Origin: Octopus bimaculoides
Lineage: Eukaryota
Length of the DNA: 64,000 nucleotides
Direction: 5' to 3'
Assembly (NCBI RefSeq): GCF_001194135.2
Contig: NC_068998.1
Coordinates: forward strand, 10,060,750 to 10,124,749
Part shown: positions 12,766-24,987 of the stretch, in pieces
Layout of the letters: each line of letters opens with the position of its first letter
Position numbering within the stretch: position 1 is the stretch's first letter
Notes under the pieces: generated by a model
Seen by the model: only the letters and a program-made list of their open reading frames with translations
Told to the model about the DNA's origin: nothing
Database searches by the model: none
Made by a program: the position numbers and the translations under genes

Positions 12766-13085
12766 ACCGGCATGGTTGTGTGGTTAAGAAGCTCGTTTTG
12801 CAACTACGTGGTCTTGGGTTCAATCCCACTTGCAGGACACTTTGGGCAAGTATCATTTAGTATAGCCTTGGGATGACCAAATGCCTTGCAAGTGAATTTA
12901 GTTGACGGAAACTGTGTGGAAGCCCATCGTGTGTGAGCTTGACAATCAGAGTTGGCTTGTTTACCTTTCCGTAAATGAGACCGATAGAATAAGTACTAGA
13001 CTGAAAAGGAGAAAAAGTAATAGGGTCGATATGTTCGGTGTTCCAGCATGGCTGCAGTCCGATGACTAAAACCAGTAAAAGATAT
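12766..13085 (+). mobile_element. Degenerate SINE family B
   Basis: gggttcaatcccact, ttgggcaag, gacggaaactg, gcttgacaa, ccagcatggctgcagtc motifs in family order. Confidence 0.7.
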
Positions 13086-14528
13086 AAACAAAATTGGTTG
13101 GAGTGGATCATGTTTTTAAACCCAACTGATGGGAACAACGATCAAGTTTCGGTTTTATTAGCCCACCTCAGTGAAGCGTATTTCTTTTAAGGACCATGTA
13201 ATGTAATATATCCTTTCCGTGTTCATGACGGTAGCATGTGACTTGAAGAAAATTTAGCTGTTATTTCTAGCAGGCTAAGAGACCATGTCGACGCTCCTTC
13301 CTTGATTTGTATATTTACTGCAATGAGTGGGGGTGATACACTGTAGAAATGTATGTCAAGTGATAAGAAAACAGGTGTATCGGCTGGGCTTGGCAGGATG
13401 TGGTTTGTAGTAGAGGCGAAGGGGAGGGGGGGGGAAGTATATGTGTACTAAAGGTTGTTACGTATTGTGAGTTATTCTTTTGTCAATTAGCCGAAAAGTT
13501 TTCTTTTGTATGTGCTCTACCATATTTAATGTGTGTTGTAGTACTATCCTTGTTATGTGACTAGTACGCTAAATGGTTGGTCAGACTTGAATTTTTCAAC
13601 TAAATTTATATTACTATATCTGATGGTATAAAAGCACGAACATATTATATGCTCCAAATTTCAACAGAGCATATTGAGGGAAAATAGTTTAGCGTGCATT
13701 AATGCATAGGATCTGTTCAGTTTGGCTCACAGATATTTTAATCAATTTTTTTTTAACTAAGCAGTTTGAAACTTCATATACTGGTGTAATTTCTCACGCA
13801 GAACACAGTTTACTTTGGACGTTTTTGACAAAAATTCGTATTTTAGAAGTTATTTCCTGTTAAAGTTGTCGTATTTGGGTTATTTCAACCAATCAACGAC
13901 GTGTATTAGGTTGAAGAAAGCTACTGCTGTTTGCGATAGTAATCGAAGAGGAACTTTCGGGTCATCTCTACAAAATGTCACCACTGTTCTCGTGCATTCT
14001 TTACTCTTTCCCTCTCTATTGGCAAATTTACCAACATAAGGTAAGATTTTGAACATCGACCCCAGACTTGTGACTAAGTTTTACATTCGAATATATAGGA
14101 TAATTGGGCGTGACTTAAAACAGGCAAATAAGAAACAAAGAGATCATGCAAATATTCATTCTAAATTCACTTTTAATGACTTTTTAATTAGAACTCAAGG
14201 CCACGCTATGTCAGTTGATTCTTAAATTATTCGGCGTAATTGCTAAACCACACACTAATCTAGATAAGTTAATTTAAATTGTATATTTATATGACCTATC
14301 TGTTTCTTATTTGCCTGTTTTAAGCCACACCTAATTATTTTGTATATTGTAATATAAAACTTAAATGAGTCATTAGTCCAGCTAATATTAGTTGTGGCCG
14401 AGTCAATGTTTAAAATTTTACCTGATGGTGGTTGATACTATATATAATATGATGATATCTTTTATGATTGCATTAAATAAATGCAATTCTACCGAAACAG
14501 CTGTCGTAAATTTTATACGACATTTGTG

Positions 14529-14569
<41 letters not shown>

Positions 14570-14640
14570 TTTATTAATAAAGCTGCAAAGACATCACAAA
14601 AACTGTTACTCAGAGTTTCACATTCCCGTTCGTCGGACAG
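14570..14640 (-). mobile_element. Short Penelope-like 3' remnant ending in AATAAA and (TA)n; twin of 50407-50486
   Basis: Aligns closely with 50407-50478; both abut a (TA)n tract. Confidence 0.6.
14603..14640 (-). ncRNA. Type I hammerhead ribozyme fold, CCGACGA core variant
   Basis: CUGU CCGACGA ACG ggaa UGU GAA ACUC u GAGU A / ACAG: 4-bp stem I, stem II with GGAA loop, near-palindromic stem III, GUA site at 14607/14606. Confidence 0.65.
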
Positions 14641-16233
14641 ACACGCTTCCACACAGTTTCCCCGACCAAATTCACTCACAAAGCATTGATGCGATTGTAG
14701 TTCATGAACCTTCTGCACCGACATATATACGGGAAGTTTTGCTGGAATTTCTGTCAGTTCTGCTATATTTCATTCGGTGGGTTTTAGGTGCACCACAGTC
14801 CACTTAGCTGTCAAGAAATAAGTGCCGGACTTTTGGTAATTTACTCGTGATCCTTCGTGTCTCACAAGCTTATCTCTCAACCATTTACAAGTGCTAATCA
14901 TCTGTTTTCTAATAAATAACCCCCTTCGAACGTAGGGACATTTTTTTTATGTGTATCAATATCAACTGTCGTCTCTCAATACAAATATATAAACACAAAA
15001 CTAATACCAATAAGATACTGAGCTAAATTTCATAGACTGCAATACGTCAGCCCTTCTTCCTATAACTTAGCAAAATAAAATGGCGGAATGGTACACGTAT
15101 CTACTAAAAAGAAAACGGCGTTTATCATGAACTGAAGGTGTTATTTTTTATTTATATATTTATTTTTGTTAACACCGTCGTGTTATATAACATTTTAAGT
15201 AGTTAAGACATTCTGGCTGCTGTTGTAGGAAGAAAAATAGCAGCAATATTTACGGCTATTTACAAATACATTCTACTTTTTGTAAACATGTACAAATACG
15301 TACATTGGTGCCTATCAAAATCAATGCTCAAATACTTTACAACGTAAACACATATATATTTCTAAATTCACACGTAAGCTCTACAAGAACATGCATATAC
15401 ATACATACGCACATGTGTGTATATATATATATATGTATATATATAATCTTAATATATGTATGTGTGTGGTAGCGCGCGTGCACACACACACACACACACA
15501 CACACGCACAAACCTCACAGTAGATTCTGAAACGCAAGACATTTCAACACACGCCAGGTTCTCGAAATTAATTTAAAGACCAAATTTCAGACATGTTTAT
15601 CTAGAAATCAACCAAGATTCTTTTCGCAATTTCCTCGTTATTTTCGCCATATCACAAGCCTGTGTTGTATGTAGAATGTTTGTATATATGCACACACNNN
15701 NNNNNNNNNNNNNNNNNNNNNNNNNNNNNNNNNNNNNNNNNNNNNNNNNNNNNNNNNNNNNNNNNNNNNNNNNNNNNNNNNNNNNNNNNNNNNNNNNNNN
15801 NNNNNNNNNNNNNNNNNNNNNNNNNNNNNNNNNNNNNNNNNNNNNNNNNNNNNNNNNNNNNNNNNNNNNNNNNNNNNNNNNNNNNNNNNNNNNNNNNNNN
15901 NNNNNNNNNNNNNNNNNNNNNNNNNNNNNNNNNNNNNNNNNNNNNNNNNNNNNNNNNNNNNNNNNNNNNNNNNNNNNNNNNNNNNNNNNNNNNNNNNNNN
16001 NNNNNNNNNNNNNNNNNNNNNNNNNNNNNNNNNNNNNNNNNNNNNNNNNNNNNNNNNNNNNNNNNNNNNNNNNNNNNNNNNNNNNNNNNNNNNNNNNNNN
16101 NNNNNNNNNNNNNNNNATTCGTACTTAATATATTCTGGCAGATTCGGACAAGGAAATTTGATTGCCGTTGTTTTTCATCATCAGGGTTGTATGCATTATG
16201 CATGCTGATGCATACATACATACATACATACTC

Positions 16234-16410
16234 TTTTACTTGTTTCAGTCATTTGACTGCGGCCATGCTGGAGCACCGCCTTTTAGTCGAGCAAATCGAC
16301 CCCAGGACTTATTCTTTGTAAGCCTAGTACTTATTCTATCGGTCTGTTTTTGCCCAACCGCTAAGTCACGGGGACGTAAACACACCAGCATCGGTTGTCA
16401 AGCGATGGGT
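16234..16410 (-). mobile_element. SINE family B 3' half
   Basis: ttacttgtttcagtcatttgactgcggccatgctggagcacc...catcggttgtcaagcgatg. Confidence 0.85.
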
Positions 16411-16559
16411 AAACACCTTGCTAACAGCTTGGCTCGTTACTATGGAAACAGGCGTTTATATGTCTATGGCTTTCGATTGGCGAAAATTACTCAAAATTTG
16501 CGAACTTCATTTATTGATTTACGGCGAAAATGAATTTCATGTCAATAATTATTATACAA

Positions 16560-16650
16560 AACTACATCAATACACCAAATATAGAACAAAATTGGAACTA
16601 CATCAATACACCAAATATAGAACAAAATTGGAACTACATCAATATACCAA
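16560..16650. repeat. 36-bp tandem duplication, about 2.5 copies
   Basis: Unit aactacatcaatacaccaaatatagaacaaaattgg repeated exactly, then partially. Confidence 0.9.
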
Positions 16651-17240
16651 CTGGAAAAAAAATGAAGAAATTGAATAGTGACAGCAAAACAGAAAAGATC
16701 CCACAGTTGAACTCGGCGGGATTTGAGCGTAGATCGTAAAGAGCGGGAAGAAAAGCATCTAAGATACTTTTTGACGTGCTAACTAACGTTTGTGCCAATC
16801 CCCTCGTATATAATACAGTAAGATAAAACAGTAAGATAAAACTTGGACAAACTGAGATTATCCATGCCAACAATAGATGGAAATTCTCTTAAATGTTTGA
16901 AAACTTGAAACGCGCGCACACATCTAAGTAAGGGGGATAACTCTCATAAGATCAACCAATCAAAATTTTGATTGGTTGATGCCTTTAAAGCCAATTGTTG
17001 AAAGTGAAGCATATTCCTGTCATGTTAGGACTTATCAGTGAAAGATATTCGACTCAGTTGGCAAGACTTAAAAATGAATGAATATATATATATATATATA
17101 ATAACTTTCAACGGAATATAATATACACAAGAGACAGCCCTGTGTAATTAGTAAGCACAACGTTCTCTTGGGATGATTTCTCTCTATCATATCCATATGT
17201 ATGTGTGTGCGTGCTGATTTGATTAATTAGTTACGCACTA

Positions 17241-17413
17241 CACAGTATACAGCGTTTTGGGAGATGATTTGAAATGAACGACGTACGTACGTATGTATGT
17301 ATGTATGTATGTATGTATGTATGTATGTATGTATGTATGTATGTCCGTTGTTTGTCTGGCTGGCTAGATAGATCATTCATTTCAAATCATCCTCCAAAAT
17401 GATGTATACTGTG
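17241..17413. mobile_element. MITE-like element with TA flanks and a (TATG)n core
   Basis: cacagtatacagcgttttgggagatgatttgaaatgaa versus ttcatttcaaatcatcctccaaaatgatgtatactgtg (imperfect 38-bp inverted repeat); TA on both sides. Confidence 0.65.
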
Positions 17414-17650
17414 TAATACAATAATTTAAGGTCCGTTCTCCATGCTAGCAAGAGTTGGACAGTTTGATAAGAATTGGTAAACCAGAGGATTATTCCAAGT
17501 TCTGTTCACTGTTTTGGTATCGTTTCTACAACTAGATGCCCTTCGTAAAGCCAACCACTTTACATAGTGTATTGGGTGCTTGTATGTATGTATGTATGAA
17601 TATGCGTGTGGGGTCCATAGAAATGCGTATATGCATGTATGTGTGGGCAA

Positions 17651-17696
<46 letters not shown>

Positions 17697-18044
17697 NNNN
17701 NNNNNNNNNNNNNNNNNNNNNNNNNNNNNNNNNNNNNNNNNNNNNNNNNNNNNNNNNNNNNNNNNNNNNNNNNNNNNNNNNNNNNNNNNNNNNNNNNNNN
17801 NNNNNNNNNNNNNNNNNNNNNNNNNNNNNNNNNNNNNNNNNNNNNNNNNNNNNNNNNNNNNNNNNNNNNNNNNNNNNNNNNNNNNNNNNNNNNNNNNNNN
17901 NNNNNNNNNNNNNNNNNNNNNNNNNNNNNNNNNNNNNNNNNNNNNNNNNNNNTTGGAAAAAAAAAAACAAAAAACGTCTGAATCAACCTGTCAGTGAATG
18001 TTGTTTTATTATTTCCATTATCGACTACATTCGCCTATTGCCAG

Positions 18045-18093
18045 TCCAATTAACCATTTCGATATCGATATCGAAAGTATCGACAGAAGTATG
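18045..18093 (+). CDS. Candidate 49-nt exon, (x)PINHFDIDIESIDRSM (phase 2-0)
   Basis: ctacattcgcctattgccag acceptor, atg|gtaaca donor, open charged peptide; splices in frame to 20266. Confidence 0.45.
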
Positions 18094-18522
18094 GTAACAA
18101 AAGCGTTAAAGTGATCTTAATTCGCATGACTCGTCTTTTTAACAGCGAGTAATTCCAAATATGCAAAAGTCATTCTCAGGACATACGAATCCGGATAAGT
18201 TTCGGTAATTTGAGTATATCAAAGGGAACTGGACACCTGATATGGGATTAGTTAAACGATTTTATCATATAGATATCAATGTTTGATAAAGCAGAACGAA
18301 AGGATACCATGTGTACACGGGATGTAGAGGAAGATTTAAAATGTTCTTTTCTTCTTCTTCTTCACTTATAAAATTCCTAGGAGAACAACACTGACAAAAT
18401 ACCTTATTACTGAGAATACATGAAAACTTGGTCATCTATCGCTATCCACATAGAAGCAGGTGTGACTGTAGGGTTATGAAGCTCACTTTGAAACCACGTG
18501 GTTTCGGGTTCAGTCCCAATGC

Positions 18523-18690
18523 GTTACAGGATTCATTAGACTCTAGGCATATCAACAAGTAGGTTGCCATCACTCACTGGATACCATAGCATTGAGTTGC
18601 TTCATCTTACCATAAACTCAGTGCTATGGTATCCAGTGAGTGATGGCGACCTACTTGTTGATATGCCTAGAGTCTAATGAATCCTGTAAC
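18523..18690. repeat. Near-perfect inverted repeat, 76-bp arms and 16-nt loop
   Basis: 18523-18598 pairs with 18615-18690; only two non-Watson-Crick positions, both U-G on the + strand. Confidence 0.95.
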
Positions 18691-19359
18691 TAATATATAT
18701 ATATATGAGAGTGTGCTGAACAGTTCATGGTTTTAAGGGTATCGTGAAAGGCCTGTTTGGTGACCCAACCGTCTGTTTTTTTTTTGTTTGTCTTTTGTTT
18801 TGTTTTTTTGTTTTTTGTTTTTTTATTACAGGGCCTCTTACAAACTCTGAAAGAGGGAAAAATCTGAGAGGGGAAAATGCTGAATAAAATCATAATTAAC
18901 TGATCCCCTGTATTTTCTTTTACCCAAAACCAGGAACTTTTCAGCACCCCCTCGAACATATGCATATCAAATATGGTTATTGGTTATTCCTTGTTATTGA
19001 CAAGCTGCGCCCTTTGAGTCATTTGAACCCTCCACCACAACCACCAAAAAAAGCATGTTCTTTGCTGTCATACATAGAAGATACTCAATCGGTTTAAAAA
19101 CTAGGAGTTAAATGCACGTGTATCTTAATAAATCTTTACCACATGTCTTAGCGTAATAGATTAAAACAAATTACTCGGAATTCTAGAGTAAAGTTGAAAT
19201 AAATTAAATAGAAGTATATAAAAGGCAAAATACACAAAGCAGTATGCGTATACTATGTTGTGTCTGGGGAGAGTCATCTAGTCCTAATGTCTCATTTGGC
19301 CCATATTGTTCATACTAAAAATATCCATTTTTAGACTCATTTCCTCCGTCAGCCTTTCT

Positions 19360-20011
19360 GGATCTTGTTCAAAACGGGGGCACCAGTTTTCATTTATGTT
19401 TTATGTAGTGTTTTTGGTACCGAAAGACTTTCAAACTTCGTATACTTATCTATTTTGTAAAAAAATTTTGTATTCGAATTTTTTTCATGTAAAAAATTGT
19501 CTTATTTCGATAATTTCAACCAATCACTGACAAGTATTAAGCTGTTTACAGTTACTCCTTTGGCAGTTTAAGCGGTGTAAAGCGTATTTAATCTCCATTA
19601 CTTCTGACATTTTGCAGAGGCAACACACGTGTGTTCGTTTTCCCTAACCCTAACCCTAATTGACTTGCTCCTTCCCTCAAAAACCATGCCTTGTGCCTAT
19701 AATAGAAAGGTTTATTAGCTACTGCCAATATGCTTCAACCATTTTTTGACAAGGAAATAATAATTTTATCACCGCGAGAATCGTTTGTTTACGTAGTCAG
19801 CACTTACTGTTATTCGGCTGAATGGACGTCAGTCATTGGTTGAAATTACAGAAATACGACAACTTTAACATGAAATAACTTGCGATGTACGTTTTTTTTT
19901 GTTAAGAAGACTAAGAGAAAAAGATGTTTTATATGACACATTCTACCAGTGTCCCAAGTTTCAAAGTGTTTCGTTAAGAAAATATTGGTGCCCCCGTTTT
20001 GAACAAGATCC
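19360..20011. mobile_element. Non-autonomous DNA transposon with 8-bp TSD (Merlin- or hAT-like)
   Basis: Perfect 26-bp TIR ggatcttgttcaaaacgggggcacca; TSD gcctttct at 19352-19359 and 20012-20019; internal (CCCTAA)3. Confidence 0.9.
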
Positions 20012-20265
20012 GCCTTTCTATCTATAAAACAGTTGTAAATCTCAAGTGCCTGGTAAACACTCTTGACATTACAACTTCATTTTCAACCTAGGCTCCATCC
20101 AAAACTCAACGTCTCCTACTCTTTCTCGCTGTCTCTCTATCTATCTATCTCTCAATCAGAAGGCAAACGAGATGAGCTGAGGAGAGAAAGGACTTTATTT
20201 ACGAGAACAGTGTCGGTCTTCAAATTCGCTCTTCCTCTCCCCTCTTTTTTTCATTCTCTCTCAAG

Positions 20266-20292
20266 GAGGATTTACAAGCTGAGCTGAGGAAG
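20266..20292 (+). CDS. Candidate 27-nt microexon, EDLQAELRK (phase 0-0)
   Basis: About 35-nt pyrimidine tract ending tctctctcaag, strong aag|gtaagc donor, frame-preserving length, amphipathic charged peptide. Confidence 0.55.
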
Positions 20293-20960
20293 GTAAGCAC
20301 TTCATTTAGGAGTCAATGGCTACATAGGTCTTCCCTTTTGAAGAGTATCTGTCTCATGTGCTTCGTCCTCGTCGCCATCGTTATCATCAACAATATAACA
20401 ATAACAAATATTATAAATGATGTGACACACAATGTCAAGCTCTGTCTGAGTAGAGACATTTTGTTATTATAACCAGCAATTAATGGAAAATAACAATTAA
20501 ACACGTCCAGTAATTAGCAAAATAGCGGTGGCATTGTACACATGATATGTATGTATGCACGAATGCATGCTTGTATGTATGCATATGTATGTGTTTCTGT
20601 GTATATATCTCCCCTTTTCCTCACATACCTACTTTATTATGCTCTTTTGGCCCTCTTGTCCTCATTCTCACTCACTTTGTCTCTGTTTCTCTCTCTCTCT
20701 CTCTCATTCTTCTACAACAGTGTGTCATCGTTTCAACAATTGTATATCTATCTATAAAATTATATGACAAAGATAAGTGATATTTAAAACTGAGTTGTTT
20801 TAGTGCGAGCGTTTATATATTCATGCATACGTCTCTGCGTGTAATGCAAGTGAGTCTGCATATCTGTCTGTGTACATATATATATATATACATATACAAA
20901 TGTGTAAGCGTAAGTATAAATGTGCCAATATGCCTTTGTATGTGTGCGTGTGATTGTATA

Positions 20961-21040
<80 letters not shown>

Positions 21041-21837
21041 TGTGTGTTTGCGCGGTGTATGTATTCGTACATGTCCGGAGCTTGTACTTTTGTATGAATA
21101 TTTTATGTCTGTGTGATGTGCATATATTTACACACACACACAGACACAAGCGCGCGCGCAACACAATATACCCGCGTGTGTGTGCGTGCGCGCGTGCATA
21201 TCAGTATCTTCTAAATGTTTCGCAATATTCGAAATAAAATACTTCGTTCTAAACGTAATGTTGCTGATGTTGATGTTGTGGTTGTAGCGGTGATGTTGCA
21301 GTTGATATATTGTCGTTAAGATTTCATTACAATATCATCGTCTCCTTTTTCTCTTTGTGTTTGTGTGTGTATAGATTGTAGCTGTTTTTATTTATTTTAG
21401 TTTTTTTCTTGTTTTAGTTTTCCTTATTTTTCCCTCTATTTTCGGATTCTGGAGATATTGATGAGGTGCAATGTGGGTGTATTGGTGAGGGTTAGAATGT
21501 AGTGTGGTTTTGTATTACTGTTCATTAATCTCTCAAAAATGTTTCTGTTAGCAGAAGTGTGTATGTGCGTGCGTGTGTGTGCGTGCGTGTGTGTGTGCGT
21601 GCGTGTGTGTGTGTGTACGTGTGTGTGTGTGTGTGTGAGTGCGCGTGCGTGAGCATGCTACTGGACAGGAAAAAAACATAATCTCGATCATTGCTACCGC
21701 CGAGCCGCCCCCACCACCACTGCTACCATCTTCTACATAATCTCATCGTCATCATCACCATAAGCATCATCATTATCATCTACATCATTATCTACATCCA
21801 ATTTATCATCGTTACTACAGTCATCAGGATTAGCATT

Positions 21838-21869
<32 letters not shown>

Positions 21870-21897
21870 GATAAGAAGAAGAAGAAGATGTAGTAGT

Positions 21898-22231
21898 GGG
21901 GGAGCATCATAGCCACGTGTTGAGAGGAGTTCTTTGGGATTTGAATAATTCACCTTTGGAAACATGGGTGTTTTGCTCAACATCCTTAAACAAACCTTAT
22001 TCAGAGACCTTTTGAGCGGGATAGGCTACTCGATCTGAAGAAAATTCTAACTGGGCCCCACCTGCAAGTCATGAGCGGTTTTTCTTGATATGAGATCACT
22101 ATGTCGTGCACATATGGTTATGATGCATGTGCCTGGTGTACCCTTATCAGACCGGTAGTCATGATGGGTATACTGGGCTTCGTATATTTCACCCCAGTGT
22201 CACTTTGATGGCATGCACTGCTCTCTCACTC
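21898..22231. mobile_element. Unclassified non-coding element of about 335 bp between trinucleotide microsatellites
   Basis: Complex sequence with sharp edges between (TAA)n/(GAA)n on the left and (AAT)4 on the right; only one copy in this window. Confidence 0.4.
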
Positions 22232-22243
22232 AATAATAATAAT

Positions 22244-22456
22244 GTTTTCAAATTTTGGTACAAAGCAAGCAGCTTCTGGCGAGAGATTAAGTCGATTAAA
22301 TCGACCCCCAGTGCTCAACTGGTACTTATTTTATCAACCCCGGAAAGATGAAAGGCAAAGTCGACCTCGGAGGAATTTGAACTCAAAACGTAGTAAAGAC
22401 ACACAAAATCCCGCTAAGCATTTCGCCCGGCGTAGCCAACAATTCTGCCAGCTCGC
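22244..22456 (-). mobile_element. SINE family A monomer
   Basis: aaaggcaaagtcgacctcggaggaatttgaactc...gctaagcatttcgcccggcgt...ctgccagctcgc. Confidence 0.85.
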
Positions 22457-22574
22457 TAGGGGACTAATTGAAAGGGGTTTGAGATCCTGTGTACACTCAC
22501 AACGACGAATAAACATGGCTTTGACCATGGGTCAGCTCAGTCGGGATTGACTTGAGACTAAACAACAAGTCCGC

Positions 22575-22765
22575 TCTCATCACCATCATCATCATCATCA
22601 CCATCACCATCGTCATCATCATCATCATGATCATGATCATCATCATCATCATCATCACCACCACAATCACTAAAACGATCACCACTACCGTTATCATCAT
22701 CATCGTCATCATCATCGTCATCATCGTCATCATCATCGTCATCATCATCGTCACCGTCATCATCG

Positions 22766-22797
<32 letters not shown>

Positions 22798-22830
22798 GTC
22801 GTCGTCATCATCATCATCACTATCACACCA
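22575..22830. repeat. (ATC)n/(GTC)n trinucleotide tract
   Basis: Direct reading; it produces the poly-Ile and poly-Met ORFs in the track. Confidence 0.95.
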
Positions 22831-22966
22831 TTATCCATTGTCGCAGTGTTTATTACACGGCTGAACAGAAGTCATCTAAAATCTACAATAAATATATTGA
22901 TAGCAACTTATGAATCCCAAAGGACTGAAATTCTATCGAGATCCACAGGAATATTTGAACACCAGA

Positions 22967-22968
<2 letters not shown>

Positions 22969-23039
<71 letters not shown>

Positions 23040-23398
23040 NNNNNNNNNNNNNNNNNNNNNNNNNNNNNNNNNNNNNNNNNNNNNNNNNNNNNNNNNNNNN
23101 NNNNNNNNNNNNNNNNNNTGGTGGTGGTGACATAGTAGTAGTAGTGGTGGTGGTGGTGACATAGTAGTAGTAGTGGTGGTGGTGGTGACATAGTAGTAGT
23201 AGTGGTAGTGGTGGTGGCATAGTAGAAGTAGTTGTAGTAGTGGTGGTGGCATAGTAGAAGTAGTTGTAGTGGTGGTGGTGGCATGGTAGAAGTGGTTGTA
23301 GTAGCAGTGGTGGTGGCATGTTGGAAGTGGTTGTAGTAGCAGTGGTGGCGGCATGTTGGAAGTGGTTGTAGTAGCAGTGGTGGTGGCATGTTGGAAGT
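22969..23398. repeat. (GTA)n plus compound GTA/GTG minisatellite, broken by gaps
   Basis: Direct reading; units such as catagtagtagtagtggtggtggtggtga and gcatgttggaagtggttgtagtagcagtggtggtg. Confidence 0.9.
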
Positions 23399-23849
23399 NN
23401 NNNNNNNNNNNNNNNNNNNNNNNNNNNNNNNNNNNNNNNNNNNNNNNNNNNNNNNNNNNNNNNNNNNNNNNNNNNNNNNNNNNNNNNNNNNNNNNNNNNN
23501 NNNNNNNNNNNNNNNNNNNNNNNNNNNNNNNNNNNNNNNNNNNNNNNNNNNNNNNNNNNNNNNNNNNNNNNNNNNNNNNNNNNNNNNNNNNNNNNNNNNN
23601 NNNNNNNNNNNNNNNNNNNNNNNNNNNNNNNNNNNNNNNNNNNNNNNNNNNNNNNNNNNNNNNNNNNNNNNNNNNNNNNNNNNNNNNNNNNNNNNNNNNN
23701 NNNNNNNNNNNNNNNNNNNNNNNNNNNNNNNNNNNNNNNNNNNNNNNNNNNNNNNNNNNNNNNNNNNNNNNNNNNNNNNNNNNNNNNNNNNNNNNNNNNN
23801 NNNNNNNNNNNNNNNNNNNNNNNNNNNNNNNNNNNNNNNNNNNNNNNNN

Positions 23850-24225
23850 TCTAACTGATGTATCAATACCAGCAGATGACAACGTTTCCCTAAAAGAAAT
23901 GGAAAAACTTTCAAAATACAAAGACCTGGAAATAGAGGTAACTCGAATGTGGAATCTAAAAACAGAAACAATTCCTATCATAGTAGGTGCCTTGGGTATA
24001 ATAAAAAAATATTCAGACAAATACATAACACCAGGACTTACAAATATATATAACATACAGAAAATTGCACTATTGGGCACAGCACACATCCTACGCAAAA
24101 CACTTTCAATAGAGTAACCATAAGAGCATCACAGCAAACCACAGCACATACCCAAGACGCACAGAGCTGCGCTCGGTAGTGAAGTGAAAGCACGTTATAA
24201 AAATAAAACTACTGAACAATAGTAA
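23850..24225 (+). mobile_element. 3' end of an R4/Dong-type non-LTR retrotransposon (restriction-like endonuclease domain and 3' UTR)
   Basis: Peptide DVSIPADDNVSLKEMEKLSKYKDLEIEVTRMW..TETIPIIVGALG...IQKIALLGTAHILRKTLS carries the K..KY..L RLE motif; stop at 24115-24117; followed by (TAA)n. Confidence 0.85.
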
Positions 24226-24987
24226 TAATAATAATAATAATAAAATAACAAGGTTGGATGGTAACGGCTTGAACCTCTTTGACCACAGTTGCTGACCAGG
24301 GGACTAAACAATATCAATAAAATAACAGCTATCATCAACAACAATCGATGTTACACCACCACCATCAGAACAATCACCACCACTGTCACCCACATCGCAA
24401 CAATCACCGGCACCACTAGAGTCATTACATTTTCCCTTGTTGTCATTACTATCATTATTGTCATCATTCCCATCGTTATCTCCGTCCATTAACGTTATTA
24501 CAAAACGCTGCAGCTCATTATCTTTATAATCATTGCTTAGGAAGAGACGACACCAAGAAAGAGGAGGGAGGAAACAAAAAAAAAACCCAAATAAACAAAA
24601 TACAATGATTTAGGGTTGAGAGAAAGAGGAAGGGTGGTGGTGAAATAGAATACAAGAAAAAGAGACAAAAAAAAGCAATAAGAACGATGGTGGCACTGTC
24701 CATGGCGGTGGTTGCGGGAAAGGGGCCTTGAAGTCACGATGAAAACAGCTTAATACTTTCATAATGATAACAATTATTCATTTTAACTCAGCCTTTATCA
24801 TATATAGGATCAATTAGTTAAATAAATAAATGTGCCAAGAAATGACACACCCTTTCTCATTGAGACAGATTAATCAGCTTAATTGACCGGACGTTGGACA
24901 TCATCAGTGATATGCCGAATAGATAACGATGTTTGTTTGTCTCATTAAGCAGTTCATTTTTTAAATTTTTCTCCATTATTTAATCAG

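Noticed and set aside
22497-23130. Poly-Met and poly-Ile ORFs
   Set aside because: Translations of an (ATC)n tract.
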